A stretch of DNA of 59,088 nt, from the IMG/VR virus record IMGVR_UViG_3300025869_002638, positions 1 to 59,088 of that record; one strand, 5' to 3'. The position numbers and the translations under genes are program-made. Shown here piece by piece: positions 1 to 8,851 of this stretch. Source of the DNA: a virus. Its lineage: Duplodnaviria; Caudoviricetes. Position 1 is the stretch's first letter, and each line of letters opens with the position of its first letter. Below the pieces are notes generated by a model. That model was not told the DNA's origin. It was given only the letters and a program-made list of their open reading frames with translations, and did not search any database.

Positions 1-644
1 GCATCAAAGACGCCCTCAACCAGAGTGACCTCTCGTTCCCAGTCAATCAACAGTTCGTTGAAGATGATGTCTTTGTTGCCAGGTCCGTTCATATACGGAG
101 GCCAGATGTTGGGGTCGTATGTGCGGGACGTAAAAAAGTTACAGTAACCTTCTTCGTCAAATGAGGGGAGAATAATTCTATTTTTGTATTCCCCGGAAGC
201 GCAGTAGCCAATCTTCCAAAAGAGGATGTCTTTCTGTTCAACGGCACGTTTGCGTAAATAGTTTAGGGGCACTCTTGCAGATGGCGGATGAGAACGACCC
301 GTAAGCGTTTGAAACTCACTTGGAAGGTCCAATCGTTGGCTAGTTTCTTCTCCCTTAGCAAACAGGTTGTCTAGGTCGCCTAACTCAATATCGGCGTCAA
401 AGTCCTTCCATCTATGGATGTGACTTATATCACCCCAACGCCTGACTAAGCGTCGTAAATTTTTGGTACGCCAATCACATGTCCAACACTTGGCAACATT
501 CTTGTCAAAGTTGACTGACAGTTTCTTTTTGTGATGACTGCAACATCGGGAAGTGTAAAGATATTCCTTGCCCTGGCGCTGAGGTCTGCCAAGGATTTCA
601 TCAAGGATTCTTTTTTTCTTCGCCGAGTTGGGGTCGTTTAACAA
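1..644 (-). CDS. DNA primase (partial, runs off left edge)
   Basis: Not in the ORF track; translated by hand from TTG at 644. N-terminal Zn-binding pattern (SRCCSHH...KCWTCD), YLRKR...IGY core, RIILP...FTSR, and start of a TOPRIM motif (LVEGVFDA) at the window edge. Confidence 0.88.
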   Translation of the reverse strand, partial: MLNDPNSAKKKRILDEILGRPQRQGKEYLYTSRCCSHHKKKLSVNFDKNVAKCWTCDWRTKNLRRLVRRWGDISHIHRWKDFDADIELGDLDNLFAKGEETSQRLDLPSEFQTLTGRSHPPSARVPLNYLRKRAVEQKDILFWKIGYCASGEYKNRIILPSFDEEGYCNFFTSRTYDPNIWPPYMNGPGNKDIIFNELLIDWEREVTLVEGVFD

Positions 645-1253
645 TTAGTAACCGAGTTCTTGAAGTTGCTTAATAGTATTATCCACATCATCTGGGTTAT
701 GTTTAATCGCAATACCGCCGCCAGCACGAAACTGATTAATATATTTGTCACGGTCGTCAATCAAAAGTCCCTGTTTTCCATTATGAGTTCCGAAAGGCTC
801 TTTGGTGTCTGAAAGGTTTACCAATTCCTCGTCCAGCCCGAGTTCCCTCTTTACCCATAGGATCTTACCTTTGCGGGATCCCTCTGCCATCGGAGCCGAC
901 AGAACCTGGATACCTGGGATGTTTTTTGCATAGTCCCACAACTTCTTACCGTTGCGCTCCCATTCAAGATTTTCCCACAACTCGACATCATCTTCTACGA
1001 GACGATACATAAAATCACGAGTTCGATAATTACGTGGGAAACTATCCTCAGAACTATCAGGTCTAGCAATGTGCCAGCGGGTGATCTCTACATCCCAGCC
1101 ACCTACCTCTTTGGCAGTAGATTTTGCTAACTTGTAAAATTGGTGCTCAGGGTTTCGATTTGCTTCCTGCATAATCTGATTCATATACTTGAGTACACCA
1201 GACTCAAAGTCCACAAGTACCCCATCCATATCCATAAAGACTTGATGCTTCAT
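645..1253 (-). CDS. HAD-superfamily 5'(3')-deoxyribonucleotidase-like protein
   Basis: HAD motif I FMDMDGVL, LSAP, K, and LIDD motif IV. Start moved from 1295 to ATG 1253 because GGAGGAG (SD) lies at 1261-1267. Confidence 0.8.
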   Translation of the reverse strand: MKHQVFMDMDGVLVDFESGVLKYMNQIMQEANRNPEHQFYKLAKSTAKEVGGWDVEITRWHIARPDSSEDSFPRNYRTRDFMYRLVEDDVELWENLEWERNGKKLWDYAKNIPGIQVLSAPMAEGSRKGKILWVKRELGLDEELVNLSDTKEPFGTHNGKQGLLIDDRDKYINQFRAGGGIAIKHNPDDVDNTIKQLQELGY

Positions 1254-1275
1254 AACAATACTCCTCCGTAGGAAT

Positions 1276-1303
1276 ATTATCACATATATTTTCAATAAGT
1301 CAA
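1276..1303 (-). promoter_or_regulatory. Putative sigma70-type promoter for the HAD/primase genes
   Basis: Minus strand TTGACT-N16-GATAAT with an extended -10 TG (TGTGATAAT), upstream of the SD of the HAD gene. Confidence 0.55.
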
Positions 1304-1307
1304 GAGA

Positions 1308-1946
1308 TTATTTTTTGCTGCGCTTGCGCTTGTCTCTGTTAACCTGTGCGCCGGCTATAGCCATTTTTTCATCTTTGGGCATATCAGGGTTTTTCTTAGC
1401 AAGTTTTTGTGCTAGGTCTTCTTGCCTATCATGGTCAGCATCGGACCATTTCTTTTCTTTACGGTTGGCTGGGTGTCCGTCGATGACTTTATCATACTCA
1501 AGATAATGTTTTACAACGCCAACATAGTCGGCTATCTTGGTAAGTTTGCTCTGGATCCATGCCGGTAATTCTTCATCATCATGCAACATATCAAAAATGA
1601 TGGCAGCATATTCAGCAGTCTTAAACATTTGACGCTTGGCCATGCTTCCTTCATGATCTTCGTCATGATGTGTTGGGTCTGGCATCTGCGGTTGGTCGCC
1701 GCAACCCATTTCCTGAATATCTCGGCGGTTCGCTGCACCCGCCTGGGCTTGTTGTTTTTGTTTGCGCTTGAGATTAATCGCATCGTTTACGGCTGATTTA
1801 ATAGATCCCTCATTGGCACCTTGTTCTAAAAGATCATCCACAAAGGTGGCTGCCCTGCCCGCAAGCTCTTTTGAGTCCATTGCCTCTGTGAGTGTTCCTA
1901 GTTCTTCTTGGATCAAGGAACGGATTGCGTCTTTTGTCAATTTCAT
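1308..1946 (-). CDS. Hypothetical protein, probable internal head protein
   Basis: N-terminus MKLTKDAIRSLIQEEL, several [LI]xE sites, a motif-like segment EGSMAKRQ...ELPAWIQSKLT, and a basic C-terminus. Confidence 0.5.
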   Translation of the reverse strand: MKLTKDAIRSLIQEELGTLTEAMDSKELAGRAATFVDDLLEQGANEGSIKSAVNDAINLKRKQKQQAQAGAANRRDIQEMGCGDQPQMPDPTHHDEDHEGSMAKRQMFKTAEYAAIIFDMLHDDEELPAWIQSKLTKIADYVGVVKHYLEYDKVIDGHPANRKEKKWSDADHDRQEDLAQKLAKKNPDMPKDEKMAIAGAQVNRDKRKRSKK

Positions 1947-1960
1947 ACTTTAAATAGTCC

Positions 1961-2539
1961 TCATTCAACTAAAACTATCTTTTCCGTCAAGAAACCTTTG
2001 TTATCTTTGTTCCTTAAAATGTATTCTCCGGCTCTTGCAATGACAACAGCATCAGCCCGGTCGTCAGTACCCTTCTTGTAATTCTTTCCGCCACGTGCCA
2101 TCTCATAAGTAAAAGAAGTTTTTTCTTTCTCTATTACGGCTTCGATAACCATCTTCTTTCTTTGTGGTCCCTTTGTCCCTCGTGGAAAAGATAGTCCGTA
2201 AAGAGTACGTGCCGTATTAACATTAATATAAGTTGGCTCTTTCCCATAGCATTCAAAAGATAGCCACGAGATAACCCCATTGAATTTGGCCAACTTGATA
2301 ATAGTGTCTGCACGAGACCTTCCTGGCATAAACCTCTTAAGAGCAGTCTCTATAAAGACTTCCTGAATATTGTAAGCCGATCGCAAGGAATATAGTTCTG
2401 CGCCGATGGCTTCGGCTTTTTCAAAAAGATTATTACACTTGGAAATATCCCAACCCTCTACGTGAACAAGAGAGCGAGTTTCAGGGTCGATAATAGCGGC
2501 ACCCACCATGGTAGTAGAAATATCTAAACCTAAGATCAT
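1961..2539 (-). CDS. RuvC-like Holliday junction resolvase
   Basis: RNase H-fold catalytic pattern: ILGLDIS (D), VFIE (E), DDRADA (DxxD). Confidence 0.8.
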   Translation of the reverse strand: MILGLDISTTMVGAAIIDPETRSLVHVEGWDISKCNNLFEKAEAIGAELYSLRSAYNIQEVFIETALKRFMPGRSRADTIIKLAKFNGVISWLSFECYGKEPTYINVNTARTLYGLSFPRGTKGPQRKKMVIEAVIEKEKTSFTYEMARGGKNYKKGTDDRADAVVIARAGEYILRNKDNKGFLTEKIVLVE

Positions 2540-2550
2540 ATGTCAGTATA

Positions 2551-3747
2551 TCAGATATCTAATTTTAGTTTAAATGTCATATCATCAGTATCTTTTTTCA
2601 ATACTGGGTTTGCCAATTTGGCGATTGCAATAAGGTTCTTACTCTCATCAAAAATACCTATTTCACTGATGAATACTTGTTTTTCGAATTCATCGTCGAA
2701 TTCACAGTATTGACTCTCCACTGTGTTCTTGATGGTAACCTGTCTTGGCTCCACATAACCCTGAGGACTTACTGAGGAAGAAGGGTGCCAGTCTCCATTG
2801 CTGGCACTCAACCAAGTAGGATTCAAGGAATTATTAACATGTCCCCTCTGTGCTGTAGCGAATGCGGTCATAACAGGAATTTTCTGAGTCCCGTCCAGAT
2901 CCAACCTGTATAAACTAGCACTTGCAAAAGTGCCTGTACTACCAGAGATACTTGCCTGAGAGTATGCTCCAAAATAATTCCACTGTGGCTGGACAAGAGT
3001 GCCAGTTCCTAAGTAGTTGTCTAAATTAGTAGAAAGATTTACTGAAGAGGTTAATATTACAAAACCCTCATTGTATAATACTAAACCGACTATAGAGCCA
3101 CTTGTAGCCCCGTAAGTTCCCACTAACTCTCCATTTTGTCGAGTGTCTTGTGCTCTTGCCATCAAGGAACCTGTATAATAAAATTTAAGGTCTACTGTAC
3201 CTTTTTTAATTGAATTATCATAAAAAATAGATGGAATATCCAGAAGGTTAACAGCGCCCGTCATAAAACTACCAGTAAAATGATGAGAATTGCTAAGTCC
3301 TCGATAATACTCTAATGTGTTACGTAAGGAGATTATTTCCTTTCGAGTATCCACATATAAATCTTTTTCAACGTTAGTCCCATTTGGGAACGGATATCCA
3401 GTAGTCCAAGCAGGAAAATATTCCCGAGTTACAGAACTAGTCAATGGATAACTACCAGTTATTTTTCCGCCATAATCTAATGTCTCATATTCTGTAGTGG
3501 TTACGTTAGGAAAACTTAACCACTGCCCAGCCTTGATAATGTAGGGGTAAATGAGTTGTTGGGTAGTACCATCTCGATCTACGTTGTATTCATATAAACT
3601 AATAGAACCAGAGGGTATATTGACCCCCATGTCTCTATCATTATTAATATATGCTGATCCGCTATAGAATGTAAACTGATATTGCGGGTATGCAACCATA
3701 CGGTTTACAAAAACGTCATCTTCACCGAACTCGTGGAGGTAAGGCAT
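2551..3747 (-). CDS. Virion structural protein (baseplate/tail-associated)
   Basis: In the structural module; beta-rich S/T/G composition. C-terminal ISEIGIFD...LIAIAKLANPVLK motif is shared with 3763..4845. SD GGAGG upstream. Confidence 0.6.
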   Translation of the reverse strand: MPYLHEFGEDDVFVNRMVAYPQYQFTFYSGSAYINNDRDMGVNIPSGSISLYEYNVDRDGTTQQLIYPYIIKAGQWLSFPNVTTTEYETLDYGGKITGSYPLTSSVTREYFPAWTTGYPFPNGTNVEKDLYVDTRKEIISLRNTLEYYRGLSNSHHFTGSFMTGAVNLLDIPSIFYDNSIKKGTVDLKFYYTGSLMARAQDTRQNGELVGTYGATSGSIVGLVLYNEGFVILTSSVNLSTNLDNYLGTGTLVQPQWNYFGAYSQASISGSTGTFASASLYRLDLDGTQKIPVMTAFATAQRGHVNNSLNPTWLSASNGDWHPSSSVSPQGYVEPRQVTIKNTVESQYCEFDDEFEKQVFISEIGIFDESKNLIAIAKLANPVLKKDTDDMTFKLKLDI

Positions 3748-3762
3748 TCATTCCTCCAGATC

Positions 3763-4845
3763 TTAGTAATCCAGTCTCATCCTGATTGTGAATTCATCTG
3801 CGGGGGTTTTCTTAAGAGGTTCGCTTAATTTACCTACAGCCAGCAATTCATTTCGAGGACCATACAACCCAACAGTGGTCATATAAGAGACTGGCTGTTG
3901 AGTGGCGTCACTCTTGACAATTACCTGGCTGCTAGTCCCGCTTAAATAAGTGGGGTTACTGCTATAGTTAAATTCGTTCATAGATGCACGACACATATAG
4001 ATTGTCGAATTTAGGTCTGTAGTGTTATTAAATTCGATATTTTGGATGCGTCCCCGAAGAGCATTAGATGCTACGTCAATAGAAGACGAAACTACGAGAT
4101 TTTCTACTGTCGTACCAGCAGGATCCATTTGACATGCTGTGCCGCCAAGAACAGCCGAAAATATGGAAGAGGTCAGCACTGCCACTCCTGCTTGGTAAAA
4201 TAGAAGACCACAAGCAAGATCATGGGGGGCACTCACGGCTGCACCTGAGAAAAACAATTGATTAAATTCACCGGCAGGTGAATTAGTACGACGATTGGTG
4301 GCAGCCTTATCATAAATGGTTGCAGTAGTTGTAAAAGCATCAGCAAAGGCTGCGGTTGTTCCAACCGTCATCCGAAACCCGCCACCGGTCTCCAACTGAA
4401 TCTCGTCTTTTGTCAGTAGTCGGGCAAGATTGACGATAAAGACATCACGCATCTTTAAAGATTCGGTAGAACTGCCAAAGTTGCCACTAACTTCTAATTC
4501 CTGAATGGAACCGCTGACATTGTATCCTGCCAAAACCTGACAGATTTCATTATACATATCGTTCTTGTTATTTAGTCCAGTGGCTCCGCCAGCTTGTGCA
4601 GCACTCTTAGTGGTAGAAAGTCCCACACTGAGGTCCATAATATGGTTAGCGGAAGAACTCAAATAAGGATAATCATAAACACTCTGGAACATGCCGTGAG
4701 AATAGTTTTTGATGTTCAGTTCTGTTCCGGGAACTAACTGGTAAGTTCCGGATAAAATAGATCCAGTGATCGGTATTGCTTCATGAAGTTTTGTGCGAGT
4801 ATCCTGCACATCATTAGGTAAAAATGTTTTAAAGCTAGTTGCCAT
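3763..4845 (-). CDS. Virion structural protein, paralogue of 2551..3747
   Basis: Shares GLxxYxxGxxxLTSS, NxSxNPT[WY] and C-terminal VGLY...LLAVGKLSEPLKK motifs with the downstream gene. Confidence 0.6.
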   Translation of the reverse strand: MATSFKTFLPNDVQDTRTKLHEAIPITGSILSGTYQLVPGTELNIKNYSHGMFQSVYDYPYLSSSANHIMDLSVGLSTTKSAAQAGGATGLNNKNDMYNEICQVLAGYNVSGSIQELEVSGNFGSSTESLKMRDVFIVNLARLLTKDEIQLETGGGFRMTVGTTAAFADAFTTTATIYDKAATNRRTNSPAGEFNQLFFSGAAVSAPHDLACGLLFYQAGVAVLTSSIFSAVLGGTACQMDPAGTTVENLVVSSSIDVASNALRGRIQNIEFNNTTDLNSTIYMCRASMNEFNYSSNPTYLSGTSSQVIVKSDATQQPVSYMTTVGLYGPRNELLAVGKLSEPLKKTPADEFTIRMRLDY

Positions 4846-4855
4846 GGTTTAAATC

Positions 4856-5881
4856 CTATTGTTTCTTCAGAAGTTTAATGGGTACATCAATGCGATACCC
4901 AGTATTGAATCCCGTTACTCGAATAACAGTATCAATATAGTAATAATTTATTGCATTGATTGTAGCAGTACTACCCAATGTTGTAAAGATTGTACTAGAT
5001 GCTTCTGTCTGCTGGGAAGATCTCAGTGAAAATACTAATCGTGTTCCGATTCGACCAGTCGTTGAGGTAGGTCCAATCTTTTTAGTAGTAGATTGAAGTT
5101 GTCCACCGTTGTTTCCGGGGCTCAAATCATATGTAAAATTGTTTCCATTTGCATGAGCCAAAACTCCGCCGTCTGCATTTTGTTGTGCAAAATATCCAGG
5201 ATCGGATTGCATAGAGAAATAATAACTTGCCACGTTATCATCATCCACAAAACTTGGAGTAGCCAAAGTGTTATTAGTTCCCACAGTAGGAGTTGCTAAT
5301 CGCAAGAGTCGATTGTCTACTTCGACAATATATCTTGTCTCACCCAACTCAGGTTGCGATGCGCCGAGGTATCCAGCATTCAATAAAGAAGATTCAAGTC
5401 CCTGATCAAATATAAGACTACTAACACTGGTGACTTGGTTAGCACTTGCAAAACGAGTTCCGCCACCGGTTATAACGCTCAAAGACCGAGTACTGTCATC
5501 ATCAACGCTAACTAAGTATCCTCCGACGGGAACATCGGCGTTGACTCCAGAATCACCACCAACACGATACCCAGCATCATAAATGTTGTTAATTCGAATT
5601 AGTGGAAGATAAAACAACTCATCATCAGCATAGGATAATAACTTGTGTTTAAGGGTTGAAGTATTATTAGTAAATGCCTCAAAGACAGGCAATTTAAGAA
5701 TTCGTAAATCTTGGTATCCCGAAGATGTTACAGGAGTATAAAGAGAGTAATCAATCTCATCATCACCCAGGGCAAATTTGGTGATTGTAAATGATCCATC
5801 ACCAAGCGCAAGTCGTCGGCGACCCTCATCTGTCAAAACCGCATCAAGCAGAATGTCACCACTGTTATCTAAAAATCCCAT
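4856..5881 (-). CDS. Virion structural protein (baseplate-associated)
   Basis: N-terminal DAVLTDEGRRRLA...ITKFALGDDEIDY resembles the N-termini of phage baseplate/tail-collar proteins; structural context. Confidence 0.55.
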   Translation of the reverse strand: MGFLDNSGDILLDAVLTDEGRRRLALGDGSFTITKFALGDDEIDYSLYTPVTSSGYQDLRILKLPVFEAFTNNTSTLKHKLLSYADDELFYLPLIRINNIYDAGYRVGGDSGVNADVPVGGYLVSVDDDSTRSLSVITGGGTRFASANQVTSVSSLIFDQGLESSLLNAGYLGASQPELGETRYIVEVDNRLLRLATPTVGTNNTLATPSFVDDDNVASYYFSMQSDPGYFAQQNADGGVLAHANGNNFTYDLSPGNNGGQLQSTTKKIGPTSTTGRIGTRLVFSLRSSQQTEASSTIFTTLGSTATINAINYYYIDTVIRVTGFNTGYRIDVPIKLLKKQ

Positions 5882-5941
5882 AACTTTTCCTCTTTCGTAC
5901 CATGCTGGTAGTTATTATTAAATAGTATCGATTTATCAAAA

Positions 5942-8851
5942 TTATTCATTTATATCTCTTTGGCTAAAACTCAACTTAATATCGATTTTTCTCCCAGTGT
6001 CCCGAGACGTTAGTCTCACTAGGAAATTTTCGCCGTTTATTGTGTTCCCCAAGTTAGTTGCCAAGTTCCGTGTTCCGACTAAGACACCCTCTTCGTTTTC
6101 CTCGTTGAAAGGGAAGGTTTGAATGTCAGATGCTTCGATATGTAAGAACCTAGCAAACTTCCTTGTTGGGATATGTGTCTTCACGGGAGTAAATTGATAT
6201 AAGTCCACTTCTGGAATATATAGTCCCTTATCATACAATAGCCTCACCCGATATATGGGACTAGGATTTGAAGGATTACCGTGAACATCTTCTACGGTTG
6301 CTGTGTAAAAGTACTCACGATTAGGCTCTAGATTCTCCATCAAATCAAAAGATTCAACTTGGGTAACTTCGTCATCCTCCGTAGGTCCTATAGAGTAATG
6401 CCGGACCTTTACATCCTCGTTATTTTCGGGATTAAAAGACGAATAAAGATCGGCATAAGTAGAAGCACCATTGGTCATCGACTCTGTTCGATACAGTGTT
6501 GCACGGCGAACTTCATTAGTACTTTCGTTGCGATAGCCAAGAAATCCTCGCTGTAGTCCGTAGTATTCAAAATGTTTTTGGTATCGGTATAGACTGGCTA
6601 TCCTAGAGTTCTGATCCCCAATAGAAACCACAGGCAATGAACTTCTGCCGGTGTAATCTCCAGTGCTCCGCTTAATGCCAATCTGTATTTGTCTATAATT
6701 GTCCATATAAGGGATCACCAATAGTTCTGGTGGCGGGGGTGGAAAATCTAAAACTTTCGACGTCGGAAAGTAAAGTCCATTGTTTCTAGCCCTATTTCGT
6801 GGATTACTGACGAAATTACTATATGCTTCTCTGCTATAAATAGGGACTTTAATAATCTTTATTGATGGAGTTGCTGCCACCATAATGTCAAAAACGACTG
6901 GCTCCGGGTCAGTGTTGATGGGAGGGGTGGCTTCACTACCATTAAGCATCCAATATGGCACAGTTGGGAGACAGAAAAAATGATAGTTAGTACTATAAAC
7001 ACAGCGATACTCTGAAAGTTCATACTCATACATTGTGTCGTACTTGATTTGAGTATCAATATAAGACAGTTGACGTCCGCCGTTAGGAGAATTAGAAGCG
7101 CCGTTCCCTATAAAAACATCTTTTACAACATTTCCGTCATGCTTTTTTGTTAATCTATAGCACAATGCCTCAGAGGTAGTTCTTTCTTCGGCATTTAGAA
7201 TTTGAGAGTATCGAGAAAATGTAGCATGAGCAATTTCGACCCAGCCTCGACGGGTACTCACGGATAGGTCGTCCTGAAGGTTCAAATCAACACTTCGACC
7301 AGTTACATACGGGGTACCTTCATGACTTAAAATTAATGACGTAATGTCCTGGTCCGGACCTTTACCAAAATCCAACAGATTAGTAACCGAAGTCATTGAC
7401 AGCGGCACCCTTTTAGACGTAAAATTAACTCTAGGTTCGCCGGCGGAGGGAAGGTTCACATACGTTGAAACAACCTCGTGTTCTCTGGCGAAATAGTCAC
7501 TATCCTTCAGCGCCTGCATGATAGGGATACTAACCTGATTACGCTGTATTAAAGAACCAGCAGGTCCCACGTCGTCTGCTTCAAAATCAACAGCAATAGA
7601 AAAAGGAAATGACTGGCGAGTGTCCTGGAATAAATACATTTCCCTAGAGGGAACTATTATATTCATATTTGTTTGGGAGAGCCTTTGTTTATCCTCTTCT
7701 GTCAAAGTAGGAACTGCATCCGAGAATATACTTAAATAATCTATAAGACGGGTATTTTCAACGTGGCTGTTATCAATGTTGCCATTCAAGTTTAAAATCG
7801 TTCGATAGCGTGAGTACAGTGAAATTCCTGCTGAGATCTCTCCGTTTTGCCAAGTAGTTGGAACGGAAATACCCTGTTGTTGGGCAGCCTCATTAGGAGT
7901 AGCCGAAGCCGAAGAATAAAGACGGAACACATAATTATCCGGCTGAACCCCCACAGGTATATCGGGCAAAGATGTTGCTTCCTCATATTTTGCATCATAC
8001 CGAGCATAATCAGGATTAACTTGGGCGAATCCCTGAGGCATGTTATCGTTCTCTAGTAGAGGATTGGTTTCCATAGAGGTCACAAATGGCATCTGTTCAG
8101 ATACAAAATAGTAATTATATTTTGGGTTTTCTTGGAACTCCGGTAGAGTGACGGCCAATATAGTCTGTATGACATCGGGTGGAAGTGCTACACGAATAGC
8201 ACGGGACATAAGGAGCAGATTACGAGGATTATCTAGGTAGTTTCGGTCACGAGTGAAACTAGGCATCCGGTCAAAAAGATCTTTTAGGGTTCGTAAGCCT
8301 AAACCAGGATCAGTCAAAGTAGGGTAATCAAATTGCTGTAGAGCCGGCGTCGGTATCCGAGTCAAAACCCCGATAAATGCCGCTGCGGTGCGACCATCTC
8401 TTAATAGCTCAACTTCATTTAGATATACCGATACAAGACCATTAGATATCAATGTCCGTGCAGTACTGAGAGCGGCAGCCATCATGTCCCGAGAAAAACT
8501 TTCCACTGGGCGTCCAGCCTCTTGGCGGTTCACATAGGCATAACTGCCCGCAGGTCGATCTTCTCGGAAATCACCAGGACCGTAATGATTGTAAAAAGAA
8601 TTAAGCCAAAAGTCATATGTATTTTGGTTTGCTACCTGAGGTTCAGTACCATTAAAGCCGCCCAAAGACCACTGCATTTCAGTAATTATTTTACCAAAAC
8701 GACTTTCCTCGGGGGCTGTTAGTCTTAGGCTACTATCTCCCGACTCAGGACTTAGGGGATTTCCTGTAAAATAAGTATTCGAGTTATTTCTATAATATTT
8801 TAAAAGAGGCCCCTTGACAGTCTCGTGAAATGATAAGAATCTTCTAGTCAT
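5942..8851 (-). CDS. Large hypothetical virion protein with C-terminal Fn3-like segment
   Basis: 969-aa ORF. Segments YIDTQIKYDTMYEY and LEPNREYFYTATVEDVHGNPSNPS resemble fibronectin type III C-terminal strands. Confidence 0.5.
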   Translation of the reverse strand: MTRRFLSFHETVKGPLLKYYRNNSNTYFTGNPLSPESGDSSLRLTAPEESRFGKIITEMQWSLGGFNGTEPQVANQNTYDFWLNSFYNHYGPGDFREDRPAGSYAYVNRQEAGRPVESFSRDMMAAALSTARTLISNGLVSVYLNEVELLRDGRTAAAFIGVLTRIPTPALQQFDYPTLTDPGLGLRTLKDLFDRMPSFTRDRNYLDNPRNLLLMSRAIRVALPPDVIQTILAVTLPEFQENPKYNYYFVSEQMPFVTSMETNPLLENDNMPQGFAQVNPDYARYDAKYEEATSLPDIPVGVQPDNYVFRLYSSASATPNEAAQQQGISVPTTWQNGEISAGISLYSRYRTILNLNGNIDNSHVENTRLIDYLSIFSDAVPTLTEEDKQRLSQTNMNIIVPSREMYLFQDTRQSFPFSIAVDFEADDVGPAGSLIQRNQVSIPIMQALKDSDYFAREHEVVSTYVNLPSAGEPRVNFTSKRVPLSMTSVTNLLDFGKGPDQDITSLILSHEGTPYVTGRSVDLNLQDDLSVSTRRGWVEIAHATFSRYSQILNAEERTTSEALCYRLTKKHDGNVVKDVFIGNGASNSPNGGRQLSYIDTQIKYDTMYEYELSEYRCVYSTNYHFFCLPTVPYWMLNGSEATPPINTDPEPVVFDIMVAATPSIKIIKVPIYSREAYSNFVSNPRNRARNNGLYFPTSKVLDFPPPPPELLVIPYMDNYRQIQIGIKRSTGDYTGRSSLPVVSIGDQNSRIASLYRYQKHFEYYGLQRGFLGYRNESTNEVRRATLYRTESMTNGASTYADLYSSFNPENNEDVKVRHYSIGPTEDDEVTQVESFDLMENLEPNREYFYTATVEDVHGNPSNPSPIYRVRLLYDKGLYIPEVDLYQFTPVKTHIPTRKFARFLHIEASDIQTFPFNEENEEGVLVGTRNLATNLGNTINGENFLVRLTSRDTGRKIDIKLSFSQRDINE

